A DNA stretch of 64,000 nt. Source: Bugula neritina (Eukaryota > Animalia > Bryozoa). The stretch lies in assembly GCA_964035545.1 (NCBI GenBank), contig OZ037767.1, positions 1,251,680 to 1,315,679 of the forward strand. The letters are read 5' to 3'. The notes under the pieces are model-generated. The model was not told the origin of the DNA. It saw nothing but the letters and a program-made list of their open reading frames with translations, and did not search any database. Both the position numbers and the translations under genes were made by a program. Shown piece after piece: positions 50,237 through 61,822 of the stretch; positions within the stretch are counted from its first letter, which is position 1; the number at the start of each line of letters is the position of its first letter.

Positions 50237-53200
50237 ATGGTAAGTTTGTTGCAATTCTCTACAGTGTGATATATTTTCTACAGATTGTTCTCGAGTTGAA
50301 TTAAATATTTTTATTTTGATAAATTGTTTTTTTAGAAATACATGATAATGGAAAGTGTTTGCCTTTTGTTGTTCCTTATTGGACTCTCTCAAGTTCAGGC
50401 TGCACCAGTATCAGGTGAGTTGACAGTGACCTTCACCTTTATGGTATAAATGGAGGGAGTTATTTTCTTGCTTATGTAACAGTATAGTATGTAGTTATAT
50501 AATAGTGTTTAACTCGCACTTGCATGTTGTTAAGGCTTCTACTCCAACTAATTTATTATTTTTAAAAAAATTCAATAAACTCATTTTTGAGTTGGTTTTT
50601 CTATTTAAAATATTTTTATTGCTTCTTTCAATAATCATACAAAAAATCTGAAAGATTTTAGTAGAAGATTATAAAGCTGCTTAACGACAATTTGTTGAAC
50701 TATTTTATTTAAATTCTGTACTTTTTTCTATTGTAACAGCTCTAATGGCCGTTATTAGAAAACAATTTATAATGTTTGTATAATATTATATAGATAGTAT
50801 CATTATATATTATGATTATTACTAGTAATATATGTCCTGCTGGATATAGTATTCCTATTATAAAATATGTCATATATTTTAATAGGGATATGTTGTATCA
50901 TATATAATATATAGGATTGCTAGTATATTATATTATGTGTTATATGTATTATTTATATTATATTATATACTATATATGATAATACTATTATATTACACTG
51001 CAGACTGCTCCAATGGGGTGGTGTTTGTGGCTGATGACGCTGACTTATGTCGCTATCACTGGTGTACGGGAGACGTCACTCCAATAGAGTGGAGGTGCCC
51101 TCCTGGTGCCAGAGTTCCTACTTGGTATGAGCCAATCATATTTACTCTTACATCATATTAACCAATCATATTTACTCTTGCATATTATTAACCAATAGTA
51201 TTTACTCTTCCATATTATTCACCAATAAAATTTACTCTTAAATGATAGTGTTGGATGTTTCCTAATATTTCCCAGTCACCATTCACAGGTTCCAGACGAC
51301 TCCGAGTGACTCCGTCATACCCTGCACTGAAGATCATAGCACCGACACTTCCTGTTTAAGATGTGACTACAATGATGAGAGGCCCCAGGACTCCCCCTCT
51401 CTTTGCGCGAGTAGCCCGTGTGCTGATGGGTGTACATGCCAGGACCTCTGGGAATCGTACTACTGTCTGTGCCCAGGCAACACTGCAGCACCCATTGAGA
51501 CTGGTGAGAAATTTGCTCTAGAGATCACTGTGAGCCTGTATAGTTTCTAGACATCATGTGTTATTGTGTGATGCATATTTCAGCTTTATATTAGCAGCTA
51601 ATAAAGTATACCATTCAATAGATCGTAGTCTGTTTGCATTGATATTAAATGCAGTTTGATTTCTATTAAATAAGTCGTTACAATTTGAGATTACGAATTT
51701 AATATCTATATGACATACTCGAATACTCCAATATAATTCAAAAATATTTTAGACAGTTAAATGAATTATAAAAAATTAGATTATAAACTTGCCTGTTTAG
51801 AGTTAAAATATTCTGTCTTAAAAATGCTAAAATAGCTTCCAATTTATTTGCAGTTGTAAGAGTGACATCCTTCTGCGACCCTCGGCCTTGCAGAAATGGC
51901 GGGACTTGTTTCTCCCAGTGGGATGACTATTGGTGTCAGTGCCCCCCAGGGTACACTGGGAAAAACTGCGAGGTTCCTTGTAAGTACCCCCTCCCCCTTA
52001 TTCCTATCCGCCTCTGCACAGTTGCGCTCAATCAGAGTTGTCCATTCTTTAGTTGCTGAAATATGATGACCAAGAAAAGCAAACATCTTTGGCAAATGAA
52101 GTCATACTAAAATATTTGTGGTGGAATAATGTGAAGTAATTTGTGAGTTAAAATGATTAAAATTAAAGTATCCAGGGTAAAGTTTGAAGACGGGTATGAA
52201 AATTATTGATGGAATATTTTTGGTTTATTTTCTACTTTAATGAGAAAGGGCAATGGTCTGTAAAGTCATTTAGTTTTTTATTGGAGCTGTAACATTTGTA
52301 ATGTCAGTTTGGTATACCATAATATTTTAGAAATAACACACTCGGCCACTCTATACTATGCTGTAAATGATCAAACACTTCACCAGTATAGAACTACGAG
52401 CCAATGCATTGAGCTCTACAATATAAACCATGCCTCAAATATCAATTTTATATCTCCAACTATTTATGATTTACCAGTGAAGGGAGATTTGCTCAAGCCA
52501 CTGGAATTAAACAGACCATGTTTAATGTTGAATGTAGTATTGTTATTCGGCAATATAAAATATTGACATAATGTTATAATTTGTTTATTTTTTTAATTCT
52601 TTAAAAGGAAACATTTTAATCTTTTTCCATACATACCTATTGTTTTGCTCTACTCATTCTTACCTTCAGTAATCCTCTCATAAACAACTTCTGCTCACTG
52701 GAGCGTCTCTGCACCATCACTTTCTAAAGAGTTTACACTCTAATCAGGGCTTATATCAACAGAGATTCATTTTATAACAGTTAAACATCTTCTTTTAATC
52801 CAAATGTGTGACGTCTCTCGGATGTACCTAATTGGCCGGTCAAGTACCTGAAGTTAAAGGATTTGTTTTAATTTAAATCTAGATAGATATCTTCCCATAT
52901 TTGTTTTCACATGACTAGTTCTGCTATTGTTGCTAAAGGCGTTCACAGGATGTGTGACCCGTGATTGTTCTGATTGGCAAATGAAATTCACTTGCTTGAC
53001 AATGAATTGAAAATTTGTATGAAAATTTAATACGAAAACAGAATAGAATGCCAAATTTTTTTTAACAAAACTCGCAACAAGAATTGTAAGTAACTGCATC
53101 CACAATTAGTATGACAACAATTTGACTCTTGCTTTATATGTGAAACTATTTTGTCTTTTTGACAAAAGTTTTTAGCTTTTTATTTTCTTCAAAACAAATG

Positions 53201-56200
53201 TAATGTAGCTTGATTTATTTTAATATTTAAAAAGCAACTCTTGAGCCTGAGTTCAAACCTGTGATGGTGCTGTAGCTGGAACCCCCCCCCCCCATACTGC
53301 TATGTAATACAACGTGGTCTTCAGTCTATGGCTGTAAGTCACTAGTGTAAAGCTGATTGATTTACCTGTAAGTTATTTCATTGTAGTCTGTGATCCTAAC
53401 CCTTGTGAGAATGGCGGGACGTGTACTCTAGACGCCACAAACTATCACTGCCAATGTACAAGATGTTATGAGGGCTCCTGTTGCAAAACTCGCGTCTCAG
53501 GTAGCCATTCTTCCTTTTATTGCGGGCGAATTTATAGCTCCCCGACATCAATACATTTTCTGAACTGATTCTTGCTAATGTTCTAAGTTATTATTGGTGA
53601 ACTCTATGTCAGTACTTTAACAGAATTAAAATATTCCATAAAAATAGTAAATTTTAATCAATATTTATCAATTATTGGATTGTTTGTGAGTTGTCCGGGT
53701 TTTATCTTTAGATCCGAGCTGTGGTGTTAGTAATCCACCCGTTACAACTACAACCACTCGTCGCACTACAACCACTCGTCGCACCACCACAACCCCCAGA
53801 ACTACCCCCACCACTCCACCACTTACCACTACAACCAGGAGAACCTGCAACACCTGTCAATATGGTGACAATTGTGAATGTATGTATTTAAGTTAATGCT
53901 GCATATAAAACACTGGTTTTTAGTTCTGCTTTTGCTTACGTAATAATTCCTTTACTTGACCACATTTCAGTCACAAGAGTAGATAGATGTGAGTGTAATC
54001 CTTGTTCCACCGGCCAGTTGTGTTATGACTCATCATTCCCGAGTGCCAGAGAGTGTCTGGGTGCTAACGGACCGTACGGCAGCCAATACACTCTCACCTT
54101 CTCTCAGGACTCCAATGGTGGAATATCTTACAAGGTGACTGTTGGCAAATATTGTTTTTATTAAAGAAAATAAATCATAAAATATATAAAAAATAACTGT
54201 TTGTTTGTTATAGTCCTATCTCAAAGCCAGCTTAAGGTCAACATACAACAACAATATTAATATTTTAGTAATATTAATTATTACTATATAATAATATTAT
54301 AATAATTATTATTATATTATTATTATATAATAATATAATATATTAATAATATTTTCATTTTATGTCTTAGCGAGTTTACATCAACATTGCTGGTGCCGAT
54401 CTGACAGGAAGTAGAAGAGTTCGAATCTACACACCAGATGTCACTAGCGGTCAATCTTGCTACGTCAACTTGATTGTAGACGTTTCCTTAAACCAACCCA
54501 CATAGTTAGTGTTTAATATTATTTTATACTAGTGGTTTATTTGCAAATAAGGAGTAACCATGACTTGGCAATTAAATATTATTCGTAAGTGTGGTTTTTG
54601 CTGCGGATTGTGCTAGTCGGTCAGCTCAATCAAAATAATAAGGAGTTGAATGGAGTGCGACTGAGTGATGAGTCATTGAGTGAGTGGGAATAGTCAACTA
54701 GTCAGTAAATATAGCAAAGTTGCTGTTTTTCAGCATTAACGGTAATAAACTAGTATTATACTTTCTTTAAAACATTATTCACATTTATTCTTCACCGTAA
54801 TTGTTAGTAATATGTATGTATTGCAGTTACGACGTGCCCCAAGAATGCCTGAACACAGAAACAGGCGGAGTAGAGTCTGGAAAAGTGCTGCGAATCGTCG
54901 AGTTAGAAGGCAAAGAAATTGTTGTCACCGTTAGCAACATGGATGGCGACGGGTACCTTGCCATACCTGACGCATATGCGGGTAAATTTTTCACATGTAT
55001 AAATATTCAAGTTTACTGTGGAATTGCAATAGTAGACTTTAGTTAAATTAGCCTAATTTAAACATGCAATGACTATTTTGCTTCAAACTAAATTCATCAT
55101 AGTTTAAATAAATTTTTAGGGAGCTTATAAAGTTTTCAGTCTATCATTATCTTCTACTGTCTAGCCTGGGAACCACAACAATGCCTGCTATACTGTTTTC
55201 TAAATTGTATCACTCATTTCCTTCACAGGTCAGTATTACATCAGTCACTCGTACACCAAGTCTGGGGACAATCAGTACATCACGATAGTTGCACTGGATG
55301 ACAATACTCTAGTTACCATACAGAGACCTGACGAGGAGTTGTTTGTTCTCCCCTCTGTAACTCCTACGTCTGCACCGACTTCCAACACCATCACTTTCAC
55401 CTTGAACTCCTTAGAGTCTGTTAGATATGTAAGTCTAGTGTAGTTGTTGTCTTATACTAATCTCACTTACATTTAGAAGCCTTCCTTATAGTTCTTTCTG
55501 GTGATTTACCTGGCTTGATGTTGTTTACCTTTCAATTTACTTTGAAGTAAAAGCTTTCGTTTAGAATTTGTTTATCTCAAATTATTTATAATTATGAGTT
55601 TAAAATGTTTATTTTGATATCATCTGTGATTTGCTTGCAGACGTATTCTAATTTGGCTGGGTCTGTGATCATATCTGATGGTAACATACACGTGTGGTCC
55701 GGTAACGCTGATTCCAGCTCTCAAAAGACTGAGGAACAACTTCCCAATGTAAACAGATGGGGGCCGTCTGCCACGCAGTACCGATACATTATCGTCAGTG
55801 CAGGAGATGGTAGTCTGAGTGAGTTAGCTGCAAAGAGGTGTTATATAATTGTGGAGTGTGTAATCACCCATGAACTACTCAGTTTATGGGCTACGCTTCT
55901 GTTTTATATGTTGTTATGGTAATTAAATCTAATATTTTGGAATCTTGGGCGCAGAGACGGGCGTGTGATGTGGTGTTTCAAATCATTAGGTAATGAAAAG
56001 GTGTAATTATTTATCATCAGGTTATATTAAGTGTGATGTGCAGCTTATCTTCCAATTCTGATGAGTATTTAATTATATATGCACTGTTTATATATCATGT
56101 AATTAGTGACAATTATATATACATTTATTATTGCTGTTACTGATACTTGAGTTGTCTTTCCATTCAGACACTTATGATGATATCCATGTGCAGAGTGCTG

Positions 56201-59200
56201 TGGAAACCTCATATGTATTAGTAAGGATGTCTATGACTGGTGAAAGACAGAATGTAACAATCAATGGAAATCTTGCCTCTAGTTCTAGTATGTATCCTCT
56301 ATTCTGATTGGCTGAATCATTTAAAGTTCTGCAATTTCATTGGTTAGACTGATATAAACTTCCATTTTATTAGGTAAATTTTTAACAATTATTGGTTCTG
56401 ATTAGTAGCTTAGTGGTAACAGTTGTACTGAAATAATCTTTTAGCTTTCAGGGTAAACGTATGGAGCTTTCAAAATTGTGAATGAATTTCATTCATTGTT
56501 GAAATTGAAACATTAAAGTTTTAAATCTCATAGAAATTATTTGATACACACACACACGATGACACTGGTCTACCCGCTATGTATAAAATATGCTCTACCT
56601 GTCTTACAGCAACTTACCTGGGATCCTTAAGACCAGGTGAGGTCTACGAGTTGTACACAAGTCGCCCCGTACAAGTTAGTCACAATTTGAGAAGCAGGAC
56701 TAGCAATGGCAGAGACTATTACTCTGCCTACACCCTGATCCCCCCTATCCAGTCGTACGCCACTGGCTATAGCTTCCAGACTCACGGGTGAGTCAATACT
56801 CTGCTGTTCTAATTAAATACCTGATGATTGTAAAAACAAACTTATTTTTTAAGTTTTAGGCAATGTTATTTCCTGATTTTAGTTTCTAGTTAATATTATT
56901 GAGCTGTTGCTCTTCTGTAAACAATACAACATGAGTTACAATGTGCAATGCTAAAAATATTTCTCGAATAATTTTATTTGTAATTAAATTATCTCTCCTA
57001 ATTGAGTATCCAATGCAATTTTAACCCATCCTGAATTTCAGTGTACTAAAGTAGTGTTATGACTCAGACAGCTCTAAGTTGTATGGTGTGTATTACAGAC
57101 TGAGAGGTGGTGTGGGAGGTAGCTACACGTACCATTATGTCACCCTAGTCTCCCAACGCGGTGTCTCAGGTGGGAATATTGAAGAGCTTTACATCTACCA
57201 CTACAACCTGCAGACTGGAGTGAACACTACCTACAGCCCTTCACAACTAGGTATGTTTGTTTTATCTTATGTTATGAATAATCTATTTGGGTGATCCTCA
57301 TGCTTTGCTGTTGATGAATTTAGAAAATATCAAGACAATTGTTACAGCATTATATTAATTTTTGTTGTAACTTATTTTGGAGTTATTCTACCTCTGTATT
57401 TTCAAGGTGCTAATTGGGTGAGAATAGGGGATTTCTACTATGTCGCCACAATACGACTTCCTGCGGAAGGAATTTACTACCTCAGCTATGCTTCCGGGCT
57501 GTCCATTTCTTTTGGAGCCGTTTACTATGGTTTGACATCATCAGGCCAGGGAGCCAATCAGATCTCTCAGCAGCCAAATACTGCATTCCCATTGGGCTAT
57601 GACTTGGCAGCGCTGAATAACATTCCACCTCCTCGTCTGTGTCAGCGATGTACCACCGGCCCAGACTGTTCTGTAAGAATCATCAACACCTGTGCCTGCA
57701 ACCCTTGTAACAACTTCGCTGACTTGTGCACAGACAGTAGCAATCCTAGCACTCCTCGAGTTTGCGAGGGAACGCCCGACGTGACCGGTACACCTTTCAC
57801 ACTTATGTTCATGCAGAATCGCCCAGACAGCACTTCTAGGAGAGAACTGGTGAGGAAATATTTTGTAGATGAATACAGCTATTCCACTTCCTAGCAATAA
57901 ATACTCTTTTCTAATGCTCTGTATATTATGCAGTTCAAAGGGTTATATTGTCAATTTAGAGTTATCCTCTCCTATAAGAATTTCTCGCCAGTCAGATTGC
58001 TGTATTCACTACATCATAATTTGTATTACCAAGTAACATTCTTCATCTGGAGTTATCTTCTTCTGTTTCAGTTGAATTATTTTGATTACATGTTATAATT
58101 GCATGACAGATAAATAGCTGTGTTTACTATAATATACAGAGTTACCTTCTCTAGTCCTAATAACTTCATGAATGAACTTTTCAACTCACTCACTCCTATA
58201 ATAATGGACTAGTTTTATATACAATGTTATGGTCTCCATTTTATATACAATGTTATGGTCTCTATTTTATATACAGTGACGTTATGGTATTTACTTTATA
58301 TAAAGTATTTGTGAATTGTCTACCCATCAGGAAGTTTATGTGACATCTGCAAGTACAAGTAGAAGCAGCCGTACAGTGAGAATGCATACGCCCTATCTGT
58401 CAGCCTCCGACCCCTGCTACGTCAACGTCACAGAGAATATCCTCTCCTTTGAAGTCTCCAGGTAGACGTCTTTGCATGGTAGTAAATAGATTCACCTGTC
58501 CCTGTATTATGTTCACCTGTCCCTGTATTATATTCACCTTTCCCTGTATTATACTCACCTGTCCCTGTATTATATTCACCTGTCCCTGTATTATATTCAC
58601 CTGTTCCTATATTACACTCACCTACTTCTGCAGGTTCAATGTAGACAAAGTGGAATGTTTCGAAACCATCGGCTCCGGAACCTTCTCTAACAAAGCCTTG
58701 AGAATTGAGTCGGAAGACGGCGCAGATATCCTTGTATATGCTGTGAATAGAGATCAATTCTCAGCTGATGGGTCAGTAGAGATCCTTTTTATCTCCATGG
58801 CAACAAATATGCTAACTTGTATTTTCACATTAGTTGGTGTTCAACATTCGCAGTATTTGTATGAAAGCATGATCTAGAAAATATTAAATTAATGAAGCAT
58901 TTCAATAATGACTATTATATGTGTGCATGAATGTGGTAGCTGCTATCAAAGATGTCAAATATAATACATTATTCCTGTTATTTTATTTTTGTTCTATACA
59001 CAGCAGCCATGTTGTTCTACAGGTGGATAGCCTTCCCCGATGAGAGAGCGGGTACAGAGTATTTCACCGTCTCTTACGCCCCTGCCTTCTATGGCACGGA
59101 GTTTGCTGTTATAAACATACAAGATGTTGACGTACAGATAGATATAACCTACACGGGTCGGGCTACCCCTGACGTCCCCTCTACACGGTTCACCCTGCAA

Positions 59201-61234
59201 CCAGGACATGTGCTACAAGTGCAGGTGAGACAACTCTACATTATATCAACTTTCTTATTTGACAAAATCGAATGTATGGTGTAGAGATTTGGAGATGAAA
59301 CTTGCTGTCTAAACAAGTTCGCTTTGAGATGCTTTGTCTCAGTACTAGCTTTGTACGAATAGTTGGCCTTTAGTGATAGATTCAGTTTTATTTTTTGCAT
59401 AATCAAAGGTAGCTCTAAAGCAGGGAGTTGTCAAATTATGTCGCATTTTTACATCCAGTCTCTGTGTGACCAGCAATATTTTGTTGAAACATTGTGTTCA
59501 GATTGAGAAATTTAGTGACTCATTATTTCGAAAATTCAGGTGCTGTTTCAACATTATTCCTCTGTTGGTTTTGATATTCACCGCTTGTGTATATGCATGT
59601 ATAGAGTGAAGACGACTTATCAGGAACATACATAAAGTCGTCACTGCCTGTCAACGCGTACAGTGGTAACATCAGAGCTTTGGTGAGAGAGGTGGAAGAT
59701 CCAGCTGTCGGGGACATTAACTCTGGGTCCAGAGATCACTTGGTAGAACAGCTGTTGTCTGTTAACAAGTGGGGCAAGGAGTTCCATATACAGCCGATAC
59801 CCAATAGGAGATTCGGTTAGTCACATGACTATTTACACGGAGCTGATTGGCCATTATTTGATTTGACAATACTTTATGGATATATTTCGTGATAATATCT
59901 GATTAGCTAAAATTTTGTAGTTGATAAAAGGTTATAATTTACAATGTATGTGTCAACATTTGATTGGTTGAAGACGTATCAATATTTAATAAGTAAAAAC
60001 TCTTCTGCTTTGATACTTAAGGGGATCAGCTGAAGGTGATTGCTAAAGCAGCCAACACTCAGTGTGTTCTATATAGAAGGGATCCTACTGGAACCACTAC
60101 ACAGACGTCCTTCACCCTTGGTAGAGGTGACGCGTTCACTGGTGACATCATCAGTGGCAGCACCTACAGACTCGTCAGTAATACCGGCATCCTCGTTATG
60201 CAGGTCAGCTATTTCCTGTCTCACTACTTCCTGTTTAACTACTTCCTGATAAGCTACTTCCTGTCTAGCTACTTCTTGTCTAGCTACTTCCTGTCTAGCT
60301 ACTTCTTGTATAGCTACTTCCTGTATAGCTACTTCCTGTATAGCTAATGTACTTCTTGTATAACTACTTTCTGTTTAAAAGATCACTTCTACCCTCTCTG
60401 CTGTGTGCCGAGCTATCTCACATATTCTGCCCATTGTTCATCGAATTTTATAGACTATGTTCTTGTTTACAGATAACTAAAAGTCAGGAACGAGGTTCTA
60501 ACATCCACGACCCGTCTATGATCACAGTGCCTCCTGTAGAACAGTATGCTAACAGATACATCTTCAATGCACCATACTTCAGTGGAGGTAACTCCCACTC
60601 TAAGTCTGTCTAATTGTTACTAGCAGGGAATTCACTGAGTAAAAAATTTGTGTGTATTAGAATTGTCTTCTCTACATCAATTTATTCAACTACTTGTTTA
60701 TGATTTCTATGTATATCCTGCTTGTGATTACACTCGCTAGTTGTGCACAAAATCATTTGGTTTTATACTCGTAATATAAAAATTAAAACTAAGTCTAAGT
60801 TTTCTGGATTTGTTACAGGAAGTGGCGACGCTAAACGACCATATAGATTCCGACAATTACTCATATCAGCTCGCGATGTTGACAGAAATGGTATCCGCAT
60901 TGTCTCCTCAGGCAATACTTCGTTTGTTTCCAGTAAGTTGACACCAAATGCTATTGCAAGTGCTTAAATACTGCCTCAAACTCTTGTAGTCTTTAAACAT
61001 TGTTTTCTTGAAGCCTAGGTTCTATGTTATAATTGTTCTGTAGGTTTAGGAACGTGGACTCAAGTCCCTGGCACAAGCTACTATAATATAGTTGTTGATA
61101 TACCAGACGGTACCAGTTTAATTTTACACAATGATAAGGACGTGGCATTCATGTGTCTGTTCTATGGGTATGATGACAGGGAATCACTGGGATTTCCTAT
61201 TGGAATGAAGTTGCAGCTTACAGAGGATAATTAG
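50237..61234 (+). CDS. Secreted multidomain protein: signal peptide, CBM14/peritrophin-like Cys domain, 3 EGF-like repeats, Thr-rich linker, two tandem [Cys-rich + IgGFc-binding-protein N-terminal] modules; 24 exons, about 1274 aa
   Basis: Exons 50237-50239, 50336-50414, 51004-51124, 51289-51503, 51854-51979, 53387-53500, 53712-53879, 53971-54134, 54371-54504, 54827-54981, 55229-55428, 55641-55809, 56168-56287, 56610-56787, 57099-57250, 57407-57849, 58331-58461, 58634-58771, 59023-59224, 59605-59815, 60022-60203, 60473-60587, 60819-60932, 61044-61234 (3825 nt, in frame). EGF motif [26 protein letters not shown]; IgGFcBD-type motifs [64 protein letters not shown] near 50184. Confidence 0.88.
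51125..51240 (+). repeat. 30-bp tandem repeat x4 immediately after the exon-3 donor of the IgGFc-binding gene
   Basis: CCAATCATATTTACTCTT.CAT..TATTAA units. Confidence 0.9.
58490..58633 (+). repeat. 21-bp tandem repeat x~7 filling most of an intron and ending in its acceptor
   Basis: TTCACCTGTCCCTGTATTATA units; the last unit is CTCACCTACTTCTGCAG|. Confidence 0.93.
60204..60375 (+). repeat. 15-bp tandem repeat x~11 beginning at the exon-21 donor
   Basis: GTCAGCTATTTCCT then GTCTAGCTACTTCCT-type units. Confidence 0.93.
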
Positions 61235-61822
61235 AGAGCATAACTCCCATATTTCACTTGAGAATACAATCCTCAGTTGCTATTATAAGACAGCTATTAG
61301 TGTTATGGAGAATATAACTCCAGCAGCTAGTAAGTATAATATTAGATAGTCTGCCTATGTTATATAGAATATAAAGTATAATTTACATTTATAGCTATTG
61401 CTTCATGCCCTTGATAGGTGTTTTCAAATATATTCTAACAATGTATGTTAAGTAACATATTATTATAGATTCTATTATATGAAAAATAATTATAAGTAAA
61501 ACAAAATTATTTATGTTATGCTGACAGTTCTAGTTGAGTTAGTGTTGAATAATGTATTATATATAATATTCAAATTAATAAAACCCATGACAATTATTGT
61601 GCTGAATTTACAGTCCTAGTGATGTTAAAACATGACGACACATTGATGCATAAAAACAAACTCGTAAAATGACTAGAAAATTTAGAATCAACCTCTTGGC
61701 TTCTAAATTCAAAATAAAATTCAATAAAATTGTTATAAGGCTGAGCACATTTGCGTTTAAAATAACCGATAAATTTAAAGTAAAAAGGATAACATTATGG
61801 ACACTAATATTGAGACTGAACT

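Noticed and set aside
52670-52683. Possible alternative terminal exon (LILS*) giving a short chitin-binding/EGF isoform
   Set aside because: Only an acceptor-like CTTCAG and a nearby stop; cannot be supported without transcripts.
4263-61234. Functional cluster of GGT, GALNT, sulfatase and mucin-like protein as a mucus/secretion pathway
   Set aside because: Interrupted by housekeeping genes, no shared regulatory signal visible, and adjacency in animal genomes is weak evidence.
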